From positions 78,542,935 to 78,606,934 of the forward strand of contig NC_057718.1 of assembly GCF_004010195.1 (NCBI RefSeq): DNA of 64,000 nt. Direction: 5' to 3'. The stretch is from Chiloscyllium plagiosum. Lineage: Eukaryota. The position numbers were made by a program, and so were the translations under genes. Positions 26,251-38,713 of this stretch are shown in pieces; within the stretch, counting starts at the first letter, position 1, and the number at the start of each line of letters is the position of its first letter. The notes beneath the pieces are model-generated. The model did no database searches, was not told the DNA's origin, and saw nothing but the letters and a program-made list of their open reading frames with translations.

Positions 26251-27049
26251 GTAAGCATGATTCTCTGGGGATTCTTACCCAGTTGCACTGTAATGTTGAT
26301 CTGAACCCACACTGCAACAGTGGAAATAACACATTCATTAAATTGTAACGTTGATATGTCTTAAATATAATTCACTAACTATTATGAACATATTTATTCC
26401 ACAACATTACACATCTCAGAAGTTCAGGATATAAATTCACATTGGTCTATAAAAAAATGGGCTACAAATTAACACTAAGCTGTACTGGTGAGGATATAGA
26501 TTTGTAGTGATGGACATTCCAGCTCATAATAGTCTGCAGCAGTGAGACTTTAGTAAGATGCAGGACCAACAGGTCTCTGGAGGGAAGGATCCATGGTCTA
26601 AGTGATAAGAATACAGGTTCACACTGATCTACAGTTATGAATATATATTCAAATAGGTTTACAGCAACAAAGATGCAAGTCCAATCTAGCCTATATAAAC
26701 TTAGACAAAAGATTAAAATGATCTGTATTGGTGAGAATACAGTTCACACTGGGTTGTGCAAGCTCAGGGTACAGATTAACATAGATGTGTAATGGTGAGT
26801 GTACAAGTTATCACTAGTCAATGGAGTTGAGGATACAGATCAATGCTTGCCTATACAAGTTCATGATACAAGGTCACATGCGTTGTAGTGGTGTAGTTAC
26901 AGGTTCATTTTGATCTGTGTAAGCTCAGGATACAGGTGAACAGTCGATTTGCACAAGCTCAGGATATAAGAATTCCTAGAGATAGTGCAGGTACATTTTT
27001 TACAGCAGTATGTTACTGATGAACAAAAAAAGGTGGTATAACTAGATCT

Positions 27050-30000
27050 GGTTCTTGGGTAGTTTTTTTAATTTTAAAAGGGAGGAGAACAGACAAAGGA
27101 AGCACATGGTGAGGTCAGTGCAGGATAGAGAGAGAGAGAGAGAGAAAAAGAAACAGACACCACAACCAACCTGCACAGTTACTGCCTTTGCCGTTTGAAT
27201 TTATGTATCACTGGACATCGGAGTGTGCCTGGGAAAATTAACAAACAGTGAAATTCACAACTGATCTTGGAGGAGTTTGGGCGAAGTTCACAGCACAGAA
27301 ACGGATAAGTGAATTTGTTGAAGAGTGTGGGTTCTTTCTTGATTATATGTTTTTTGAGATATGTCTCTTGATTAAACTTAAAATATAAGCCATAACTATT
27401 AATTTAACCTGGGGCAGTGTTTTGTAGAGAAATAAGATGGTGTTATTTTCTGGGTCTGTAGATTATAAAGGAGCAAAAATGGTCTTTAGTAGAGTGATAT
27501 GCGCTTCTTGTCAGATGTGGGAATTTAAAGAGAGTTCAAGGGTTACTGCGGATTATATCTGCAATAAATGCTGTTGGTTGCAATTCCTATTAGATCGAAT
27601 GGATCAGTTAGAGAGACAGTGAGAGGCAATGAGAAATTTGCAACAGCAACAGTATGTGATGGATAGCAGTGAAGGGGGAGGGGGAAGATGTGAAGGGGGA
27701 AAAGTCGCAGATGCAGTCACATTGATGGGTTAACTCCAGGAAATGTAAGAGAGGTAGGCAGTTTCTGTGGCTACCCCCAGCTTCTGCAGGAGTCTTCTGT
27801 GGCTATCCCCATTTCAAGCAGGTATGCTGTTTTGGAAAATGTACGGGGTGATGGATTCTCAGGGGAACGTAGCATGAACAGCCAAGTTTCTGGTTTTGAG
27901 ACTGGCTGTAATGCAACGAGGGGTTTGTCAGGTTCCAAGAGATCAATTGTGTAAGGGGAGTCTCTAGTCTGAGGTACAGACAGATGTTTCTCTGGCCAGC
28001 AGCGAAAAATCAGAATGGTGTGTTGCTTCCCCAGTGCCAGGATCAAGGATGTCTCAGAGAGGGTGCAGAATGTTTTCAAGGGGGAAAGGGGCCAGCAAGA
28101 GGTCATCGTCCACATTACAACCAACAACACAGGAAGGGAAAAGGTTGAGATTCTGAAGGGAGTTAGGCAGGAATTTAAAAAGGAGGACCTCGAGAGTAGT
28201 AATATCTAGATTACTCTCGGTGCTACAAACTAGTGAGGGAAGGAATAGGAGGATAGAGCAGATGAATGCATGGCTGAGGAGCTGGTGTATGGGAGAAGGA
28301 GTCACATTTTTGGATCATTGGAGTAGAAGTGACCTGTACAAAAAGGACGGATTGCACCTAAATTGGAAGGGGATTAATATACTGGCAGGGAGATTTCCTC
28401 AAGCTGCTCGGGAGCATTTAAATTAGTAAGGCTGGGGGGGGTGGGATCCAGGGAGATAGTGAGGAAAGAGATCGATCTAATACGGGTCCAGCTGAGAACA
28501 GAAGTGAGTCAAACAGTCAGGGCAGGCAGGGACAAGGTAGGACTAATAAATTAAACTGCATTTATTTCAATGCAAGAGGCCTAACAGGGAAGGCAGATGA
28601 ACTCAGGGCATTGTTAGGAACATGGGATTTGGATATCATAGCAATTACAGAAACATGGCTCAGGGATGGGCAAGACTGGCAGCTTAATGTTCCAGGATAC
28701 AAATGCTACAGGAAGGATAGAAAGGAAGGCAAAAGATGAGGGGGAATGGTGTTTTTGATAAGGGATAGCATTACAGCAGTACTGAGGGAGGATATTCCTG
28801 GAAATACATCCAGGGAAGCTATTTGGGTGGAACTGAGAAATAAGAAAGGGATGATCACTTTATTGGGATTGTATTGCAGAAGGGCTTTTGCCCGAAACGT
28901 CGATTTTACTTCTCCTCAGATGCTGCCTGAACTGCTGTGCTTTTCTAGCACCACTAATCCAGAATCTGGTTTCCAGCATCTGCAGTCATTGTTTTTACCT
29001 TGTATTATAGACCCCCCTAATAGTCAGAGGGAAATTGAGAAACAAACTTGTAAAGAGATCTCAGCTATCTGTAAGAATAATAGGGCAGTTATGGTCGGGG
29101 ATTTTAACTTTCCAAACATCGACTGGGACTGCCATAGTGTTAAAGGTTTAGATGGAGAGAAATTTCTTAAGTACATACAAGATAATTTTCTGATTCAGTA
29201 TATGGATGTACCTATAGAGAAGGTGCAAAACTTGACCTACTCTTGGGAAATAAGGCAGGGCATTGGTCAAGAACTTTCAAAAACTAGTTGGGGGCAGATG
29301 TTTGCAGGTAAAGGGACAGCTGGAAAATGGGAAGGCTTCAGAAATGAGATAACGAGAATCCAAAGAAAGTATATTCCTGTCAGGGTGAAAGGAAAGGCTG
29401 GATGACTAAAGAAATTGAGGGTTTGGTTAAGAAAAAGAAGGAAACATATATCAGGTATAGACAGGATAGATCAAGTGAATCCTTGGAAGAGTATAAAGGC
29501 AGTAGGAGTACACTGAAAAGGGAAATCAGGAGGGCAAAAAGGGGACATGAGATAGTTTTGACAAATAGAATTAAGGCGAATCCAAAAGGTTTTTACAAAT
29601 ACATTAAGGACAAAAGGGTAACTAGGGAGAGAATAGGGCCCCTCAAAGATCAGCAAGGCGGCCTTTGTGTGGCGCGCAGAAAATGGGGGAGATACTAAAT
29701 GAGTATTTTGCATCAGTATTTACTGTGGAAAAGGATATGGAAGATATAGAATGTAGGTGCTATGGTGCTATCTTGAAAAATGTCCATATTACAGAGGAGG
29801 AAGTGCTGGATGTTTTGAAATGCATAGAGGTGGATAAATCCCCAGGACCTGATCAGGTGTACCCTCGAACTCTGTGGGAAGCTAGAGAAGTGATTGCTGG
29901 GTCTCTTGCTGAGATATTTGTATCATCGATAGTCACAGGTGAGGTGCCGGAAGACTGGAGGCTGGCCAACGTGGTGCCACTGTTTAAGAAGGGTGGTAAG

Positions 30001-31413
30001 GACAAGCCAGGGAATTATAGACCAGTGAGTCTGACGTCAGTGGTTGGCAAGTTGTTGGAGGGAATCCTGAGGGACAGGATGTACGTGTATTTGGAAAGGC
30101 AAGGACTGATTAGGGATAGTCAACATGGCTTTGTGCGTGGGAAATCATGTCTCACAAACTTGGTTAAGTTTTTTGAGGAAGTAACAAAGAGGATTGATGC
30201 GGGGAAAGCAGTAGATGTGATCTATATGGACTTCAGTAAAATGTTCGACAAGGTTCCCCATGGTAGACTGGTGAGCAAGGTTAGATCTCACGGAATACAG
30301 GGAGAACTAGCCATGTGGATGCAGAACTGGCTCAAAGGTAGAAGACAGAGGGTGGTGGTGGAGGGTTGTTTTTCAGACTGGAGGCCTGTGACCAGTGGAT
30401 TACCACAAGGATCGGTGCTGGGTCTTCTACTTTTTGTCATTTATATAAATGATTTGGATGCAAGCATAAGAGGTATGGTTAGTAAGTTTGCAGATGACAC
30501 CAAAATTGGAGGTGTGGTGGACAGTGAAGAAGGTTACCTCAGATTACAACAGGATCTTGATCAGATGGGCCAATGGGCTGAGAAGTGGCAGATGGAGTTT
30601 AATTCAGATAAATGCAAGGTGCTGCATTTTGGGAAAGCAATTCTTAGCAGGACTTATACACTTATAATGGTAAGATCCTAGAGAGTGTTGCTGAACAAAG
30701 ATACCTTGGAGTGCAGGTTCATAGCACCCTGAAAGTGGAGTCGCAGGTAGATAGGATAGTGAGGAAGGCATTTGGTATGCTTTCCTTTATTGGTCAGAGT
30801 ATTGAGTACAGGAGTTGGGAGGTCATGTTGCGGCTGTACAGGTCATTGGGTTAGGGCACCATTGGAATATTGCGTGCAATTCTGGTCTCCTTCCTATTGG
30901 AAAAATGTTGTGATACTTGAAAAGGTTCAGAAAAGATTTGCAAGGATGTTGCCAGGGTTGGAGGATTTGAGCAATAAGGAGAGACTGAACAGGCTGAGGC
31001 TGTTTTCCCTGGAGCGTCATAGGCTGAGGGGTGACCTTATAGAGGTTTACAAAATTATGAGGGGCATGGATAGGATAAATAGACAAAGTCTTTTCCCTGG
31101 GGGTTGGAGAGTCCAGAACTAGAGGGCACAGGTTTAGGGTGAGAGAGGAAAGATTTAAAAGAGACCTAAGGGGCAACCTTTTCACACAGAGGGTGGTATG
31201 TATATTGAATGAGCTGCCAGAGGAAGTGGTGGAGGCTGGTACAATTGCAACATTTAAAAGGCATCTGGATGGGTATATGAATAGGAAGGGTTTGGAGGGA
31301 TATGGGCCGGGTGCTGTTAGGTGGGACTAGAATGGGTTGGGATATCTGGTCGGCATGGATCAATTGGACCGAAGGGTCTGTTTCCAAGCTGTACATCTCT
31401 ATGACTCTATGAC
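27050..31413 (+). mobile_element. Near-full-length CR1 (HER1-like) LINE, inactivated
   Basis: ORF1 remnant with CxxC..CxxC finger and SGNH esterase motifs (GESL, DGLHLN); endonuclease (CIYFNARGL, GDFNFPNIDW); RT 29665-30681 (QGSVLG, FADD); tail CTATGACTCTATGACT. Stops and internal deletions present. Confidence 0.92.
28876..28999 (+). mobile_element. Penelope-like insert, family B, in CR1 ORF2
   Basis: 7-bp TSD TTGTATT; begins inside the hammerhead core. Confidence 0.8.
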
Positions 31414-31549
31414 TTTATAATTCATTCACGGGACAAATGTGTTGCCAGCTAGGCCAACATTTATTGTCCATCCCTAATTGCCCAAAAGGCAGTTAATAGT
31501 CAACCACATGGCTGTGTTTATGACATATATCAGGTGGATGAAACAATGG

Positions 31550-34500
31550 AAAACTCAACTGAAAACAGAAGGTTCAGAGGGGAAGTGAAACAAGAAATAA
31601 GAAAAGCAAAGAGATATGATGAAAAGAGAATGGCAGCTAACATAAAAAGAGAAGCCAAAAGTCTTTCATAGTTACATAAATTGTAGAAGTTTCATATGTA
31701 AATGAGTTGATGATTAGGTACCAAAAATGAGATTTATGCATGGGGACATGGCTGGGGTGTTAAATGAATGCTTGGCTTTCAGCTTTACCAAGGAAGAAGA
31801 TGCTGTCCATGTCATGGTAAAAGAGGAAGTAATTCAGGCACTTGAAGGGTTGAAAATCTGGAAAGGTAGAGGTATTAGGGCTGTCAGTATTTAAAAGTTG
31901 ATAAAGCAAAAGAGATATTTCCAAGAATATGGGGGGAATGAAAATTGAAATTGTGGACGCACTGGCATGGTGCCAAAGAACTGGGTAATTGCAAATGTTA
32001 CACCCTTGAACATAAAGGATCTAAAGATAAGTTCGGCAACTACAGGCCAGTTAGTTTAACCTCAGTAATGACGAAACTTCTAGAAAGGGCAATAAAGCTA
32101 CATAGAATAAAAGGATATGAAATTGGTAGTGTGACAGGAAACAGAAAGTAACGACTTAGTAATGTTTATCAGGACTGGAGTAAGGTTTATAGTGGAGTTA
32201 GGACACTTATTCTTCCTGAATTTTTTAATAATCTAGACACTAGCTTTCGGGGCACAATTTTAAAAATTGTGCAAGGTATGAAACTGGAAAGCATTATAAA
32301 ATGTGAGGACAGAACAGAATTTCAAAGGACATAAACAGGTTGATGGAATGGGAAGACAAATGGCAGATGAAATTTAATACAGCGGTTTATTAGGAAGAAC
32401 TAGAGAGATAATATAAATGGTGCAATTCTAAAGTCTACAGGAGCAGAGTATGCATACATCCATAACTAATTGGAGGTCGCACAACATTAGTCTGTAACAA
32501 TGATGATACAGATTCAATCTAATTTACCCAAACTAGGGTGTAGTTTAGCATAGGACTACAGTGTTGAGAATACAGGAAAATAATTATTTGTACTTGTGAG
32601 CACACTGGTTCATCCTGGTCTGCAGAAGCTCAGAATGTCAGTTAACACTGTTTGTAAAATTAAGGTTTCAGGTTAATATTGATCTATAGAATTCAGAGTA
32701 TAGGTTAACATTGATTTATACAAGTTCAGAGTGCAAGTTCATGCTGATTGAAATTGTGAGGATAAACACCAATCTATACAATGCAGGATACAAATTTACA
32801 GTGATTTGATAAATTCAGGATATACATTCACACTGCAGGTAAACATGCAGGTTCATACTAGTTTGAACAAGATCAGGATAGGTTCACACAGGCCTACGGT
32901 GGCATATTGTTGGATACCAGCTCTGCTGGCATCTTATCTGTTGGGGTCATGTCCAATGGAACTATCTGAAATGCAATGGGTGAGTTCACTACCACCAATC
33001 TATGTTACTAGTATTCTTCTAAGTTGCTGAAAACTTGAGGGAAGGATATCCAGAGTCGTCAAAGAGGAGCTCAGCCTTGACAAATGGAATAAATCTATTA
33101 CATAGAACTTAATAGCTAACTGCATTAACCTAAGAGTCTTTTGCAAGACCTTAGGCTAGAGTACTTACAATTAAGTACATATTATTATTTGTTCTTATTA
33201 TTTTATCATTAAGTACATATTATTCTCTATCCTTTGAGAACAGCTTATCTTCCGAGGTCACCTAAACCTTTCATGCAAGAAATGCTTTGTATAACATGTA
33301 GAGCTGAGGAAACAGATTCACACTGGTCTTTGGTGGTGAAGGTAAAGGTTATACTGGTCTGTTCACTGGCCTGTAGTAGTGAGCATGCATTTAAATTGTT
33401 GGTGGAGACCCTACAGTGTTTTCTATTGCATTTACCTGACTTGGCACTTATTTTCAACAGTGATAGTGACGATGCATCTGAAGCAGTGTTAGTCAGAAGA
33501 GGATGCTAAGTGAAAATTCTGCAAACTGACATAAAATTTACAGATCTTGTTACAAAAGGGATAGTAGCAACACAGTTACAACATCAGCTGCATGAAAGGA
33601 AGCAGAGAGTAATAGTCAATGGATATTTTTCATCCCAGAGAAAGGTTTGCACTGTAGCTCATTACTCAGACCCTTGCTTTTCCACATATATATATACTGT
33701 ATGCATGATCTGAACCTTGGTGTGTGGGGCAAATTTCAAAGTGTGGAGATGGTACTAAACTTGAACAACTATAAACTATAAGGAGAACTATATGGTCATC
33801 CAGAAGGACATTGGTGGAGTAGACAGACCAGTGGGAGATGGAGTTCAATGCAAAGAAGTATGAAGTGATGCATTTTGGTTTGGAGAACATCGAAAGATAA
33901 TACAAAATAGGAGGTACAATTCGAAAGGGGGTGCAGAAGTGCAGGGATCTGGGTGCACATGTGCGTAGACCACTGAAGGTGGTGGGACAGGTGGAAAGTG
34001 CGGTTAATAAAGCAATATGGTTTTATTTGCTATATTAGTAGGGGCATCAAGTACAAGAGTAGCGAGTTGATGTTGAATTTGCACAAGATACTTGTTAGAC
34101 CTCTGCTGGTGCGCCATATACAGTTGTGGGTCCACATTATAAAAAAGATGTGAATGCACTGGAGAGATTGCAGAAGCAATTTACAAGAATAGTTTCAGGA
34201 ATTACAAACTTCAGTTATAAGGAAGTTGGGACTATTCTTGAAGTGGAGAAGGCTGAAAGGTGATTTGATAAAGATATTCAAAATCATGAGTAAGTTCAAC
34301 AGCGTAGATAGAGAAAAACTGTTTGTGCTCATATAAAAAGAGAATGGGAGTGCATAGAATTTAAATTGACATTGAAAAGCAACAAATATGATGTTAGGTT
34401 ATGGAATACACTACCTAGAAATGTGGTGAAGGCTGGTTCAATTGGATTATTTGAGAGGACATAGGATGATTATTTGGATAGAAATGGTGTGCAGAGATAT

Positions 34501-34570
34501 GGAGAAAAATTAGGATATTGGCACAAGGTTATATGGGCCAAATAGCCTCCTTCTGCACCATAACAATTCC
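31550..34570 (+). mobile_element. Old CR1 ORF2 fragments (31550-32470 and 33520-34570)
   Basis: GNYRPVSLTSV motif, RT and 3' region remnants. Confidence 0.75.
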
Positions 34571-35930
34571 GTAATGATAATACAATATCTGCAGTCATAA
34601 TCAATAATGGATCTCTTACATTGTGGCAGGTAATTCTGTGATTAAGAACAATGCAATGTAGTAGGGGATGTAATGGCGACACAATTAATAAGAGCTTCGT
34701 AACTCATTGTAGGTTTGACATGTTGATAATATTTTAAAAATGTTTAAAATCACCAACCAAATCCTGTTCGAAAATAGCATCTTAAGTAATCAACATACAG
34801 AAATAGCTGCCCAAAGGGCACAAAATTGAACTAGTTATGTAATGAGTGCAAAAATGTAAAAAGGTTTAATTTTGTTGACATCTCATTATCCCCACATCAA
34901 CGACCTGTGAAGAAGTCATGAGTGACCAGAAACTTAACTGGATCAGCTAATAAATGCTGTGGCCACAAGAGCAGGTCGGAGACTGGGAGTGTGACCCACC
35001 TACTGTCTCCAAAGCCTCTCCATCATCTACAAGGCACGAGCCAGGAATGCAAAGAATATTCTCTACCTCCATGATTGAGGCCAGCTCCAATAATACTCAA
35101 GAATCTTGATACTATCCAGAAAAAAGCATCCTATATCCCACCCTTAATTTAGTTCCTTCAATTACTGATGCATTTTGTTGCAATTTGTTTGAACCAATGA
35201 TTTTCTGACGCTAATTTAATCTGTCCTCCACTTTTTTCTAAATTCTGCTCTCCAAACTTCTATGTGTTTCTGATTTTCTTCTCTTGAAACGTTACCGTTT
35301 AATGTAGATATTCACTGTGTCTTTCTTCTGGAAGGCATCACCTCCCATTTCCCCAAATTAAGTTTCATCAGCCATCTGAAAACCTAATTTATTAACTTCT
35401 GTACATCTCCTTGAAGTCATGCATTAGTTAATCATGCACCCTGCTTTAAAGCCTTCTTCATTTTTTTCTTTAAGCACTACAATCCAGATCAATGATACTT
35501 TGAAAAGAACAATGGTCCAACATTTATTAGAGGAAAGCACCAATGTCCCTATTCCTCCTGTTTCAAGAATATTAATTAATCACTGCATTATTATTATTCC
35601 TTTAACTTTCTATCTCAGCTGTCACATTATCTTCAAAGCTGTGCATCTTAATCTTATTAATGTCCTATGTGGAATTTTACAACTGTTGAAAACCCATTTA
35701 TTTTTATTCACATGTACACAGTATCCACACATTTTCTTTATCAATGTACTGAAATTCCCTCAAATTTATTTGACACAACTTGCTTCTTACAAATTTATGT
35801 TTAATTAACTGACATTATTGTAACTGCGTGATTTTGTATAACTTGTTAACAAAAATAGTAAACTAGTGAAATATTTTAATGGTTTCTAAGAAATATATTT
35901 TGCAAATTGTAAATGTATTTTTAAATTCAG

Positions 35931-36039
35931 ATTTAACCTGGTTAAAGACAGCAGTTGCATGCTTGGGCAGACTGGGGATAACTGTAGCTTTGGAGATGGT
36001 CTGTTTTGTGAATATGGAGCTGTATCCTACATTTTTACG
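35931..36039 (+). CDS. SLC22A2: SLC22A2-like exon 8
   Basis: [36 protein letters not shown] (ELYPT motif); GTAAGT donor at 36040; 109 nt. Not in the ORF track. Confidence 0.93.
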
Positions 36040-37297
36040 GTAAGTACAAAATAATTTAAAGCAACAGCAGTAACCAGCATGAATCAATTACTTTGTCAGG
36101 AATTAAATTCAATTTTAACAGTTAGGTTTATTGACAAGTACTGAAAATATCAAAGCAAATTTGCAAGCATTCGCATGTGGAAAATACTGTTTTAGAATTG
36201 ATTAATTATACATCCCTTTATGAAGATTTAATATGAAAGTAGCATCATCTCATTCCAGGTATGCTACTTAACATAGAACTTAGAAAAGTACAGCACAGGG
36301 ACAGGCCCTTCAGCAGACAATATTGCCATTCTAAACTAATTCCATCTATCTGTAAGTGATCCATATCTCTCTATTCCCTATCTGTTCATGTGTCTGTCCA
36401 AATGTCTTTTAAATGTTACTACCATTTCTGCTTCTGATCATCTTCCCTGACATTCCAGGCACCTACCATCCTTTGTGTGAAAAACTTGCCTCACACATCT
36501 CCTTTAAATTTTCCCCCCTCACTTTAAATCTATTTGACATTTCCACCCTAGGAAGAAGGCTGAGACTCTACACCTTTTCCATGCCTCTAATAATTTTATA
36601 CACTTCTATCCACATTCTCTGACACACAGCAAAAACAATCCAAATGTGTCCAACCGCTCCTTATAACCAATGCATTCCAATCCAGGCAACATCCTGATAA
36701 ACCTCTTTTGCACTCTCACCAAAGCCTCTACTTCCTTGCTAAAATGTGGGGACCTGAATTATGCGCACCTCTCCAAATGTGCCCTAATTAAAGTTTTATA
36801 CAGCAACATGATTTGCCAACTTTTATACTCAATGCCCTGACCAATGAAGGCAAGCATACCAGAAGCCTTCTTTGCCACCTTTGCCAAGTGTGCTGCTAAT
36901 TTCAGTGAGCTATGAACTTGCACTCCAAGATTTCTCTGTGTATCAATGCTCATTGGTGTCCTGCCATTTACCATATACTGACCTCTCAAAATGCATCATC
37001 CCTCACATGCCTAGATTAAACTCCATATGCCATTTCTCTGCCAATCTTTCCAACTGATCTGTATCCCACTGTATACTTTGACAACCCTCTTCATTATCCA
37101 CAACCACACAATTTTTGTGTTGTCTGCAAAGTTACTAATCAGACCACTTATATTTTCATCCAAATCACTTATATAAATTATAAACAACAGAAGTCCCAGT
37201 ACTGATCCATGTGGAACACCACTAGTCATAAACCTCCAGTCAGAAAAACACCCAACAACTACCCGCTGTGTTCTAAGACCACGCCAATAACCATTAC

Positions 37298-37426
37298 ATT
37301 CCTGATGAAGGGCTGATGTCCGAAATGGTGATTCTCCTGCTCCTCGGATGCTGTTTGACCTGCTATGCTTTTCTAGCGCTATACTTTTTGACTCTGATCT
37401 CCAGCATCTGCAGTCCTCACTTTCTC
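37298..37426 (+). mobile_element. Penelope-like insert, family B, decayed hammerhead
   Basis: ATTCCTGATGAAGGGC...CTCACTTTCTC. Confidence 0.75.
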
Positions 37427-38024
37427 AGTGCTAATACTGCATCCTACTTACTAACTTACCATGGATTCAATGCCCCCTTACTCCCATCCTGATTCCTTGT
37501 TTAAGTTCTTGCCTGCCATGCTTTTCATCATTTATATAAATGATTTGGATGTGAACATAGGAGGTATAGTTTTCAATTTTGCAGATGACACCAAAATTGG
37601 AGGTGTAGTGGACAGCGAAGAAGGTTACCTCAGAGTACAATGCAATCTTGATCAGCTAGGCCAATGGGTCAAGGAGTGGCAGATGGAGTTTAATTTAGGT
37701 AAATGTGAGGTGCTACAGTTTGGAAAGGCAAATCAGGGCAAGACTTAATGGTAAGGTCCCGAGGAATGTTGCTGAACAAAGAGACATTGGAGAGCAGGTT
37801 CACAGATCTTTGAAAGTAAAGTTGCAGGTAGGTAAGATAGTTTAGAAGGTGTTTGGTATGCTTTTCTTTATTGGTCAGTCAGTGCATTGAGTATTGGAGT
37901 TGGGAGGTCATTTTGCAAATGAACAGGACATTGCTTAGGACACTTTTGGAATACTGCATTCAATTCTTGTCTCCCTGCTATAAGAAGGATGTTGTGAAAC
38001 TTGAAAGCATTCAGAAAAGATTTA

Positions 38025-38151
38025 GTTAAAAATCACACAAAGCCAGGTTATAGCACTAGCTTTCCTTCTGAATAAACCTGTTGGACCATAACCTGGTATT
38101 GTGTGATTTTTAACTTTTTGTCCACCCCAGTCCAATACCGGCACCTCCAAA
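38025..38151 (+). mobile_element. Penelope-like fold-back insert, family A, in CR1
   Basis: 14-bp TSD TCAGAAAA(G/T)ATTTA; inverted arms. Confidence 0.8.
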
Positions 38152-38583
38152 TCAGAAAATATTTATAAAGACATTGCCAAGCCTGGAGGGTTTGAGTTCT
38201 AGGAAGAAGTTGAATAGGCTGGGGCTATTTTCCCTGGAGTATTGGAGGCTGAGAGGTGCCCTTATTCAAGTTAATAAAATCATAAGGGGCATGGATAGGG
38301 TAAATAGACAAGGTCTTTTCCCTGGGGTAATGGAGTCCAAATCTAGAGGGCATAGGTTTAGGGTGAGAGGGGCAAGGTTTATAAAGGGGCAACTTTTTCA
38401 CGCAGAGGTTAGTACATGTATGGGATGAGCTGCTAGAGGAAATGGTGGAGGCTGATACAATTACATTTAAAAACATTTGGATGGGTATATGAATAGGAAG
38501 AGTTGAGAGGGGAATGGACCAAATGCTGGCAAAGGGGACTAGATTTTTTTAGGATATCTGGTCGGTATGGACAAGTTGGACCA

Positions 38584-38713
38584 TTCCTGATGAAGGGCGT
38601 TTGCCCGAAACGTCAATTTTCCTACTCCTTGGATGCTGCCTGACCTGCTGTGCTTTTCCAGCACTACTTTAATCTTGACTGTAATCTCCAGTATCTGCAG
38701 TACCCACTTCCGT
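38584..38713 (+). mobile_element. Penelope-like insert, family B, with intact hammerhead core (38587-38614)
   Basis: CUGAUGA-A-GGGC-GUUU-GCCC-GAAA-CGUC; 12-bp TSD CAAGTT(G/A)GACCA. Confidence 0.82.

Larger units (their letters stand above)
26420..33460 (+). repeat. Degenerate ~32-33 bp tandem array (26420-26990, 32480-32900, 33290-33460) split by CR1 insertions
   Basis: Recurring ATACAGGTTCACACTG(G/A)TCT-like unit. Confidence 0.65.

Noticed and set aside
29665..30681. 338-aa reverse transcriptase ORF as an active or domesticated gene
   Set aside because: Fragment of CR1 ORF2 bounded by frameshifts, with deletions upstream.
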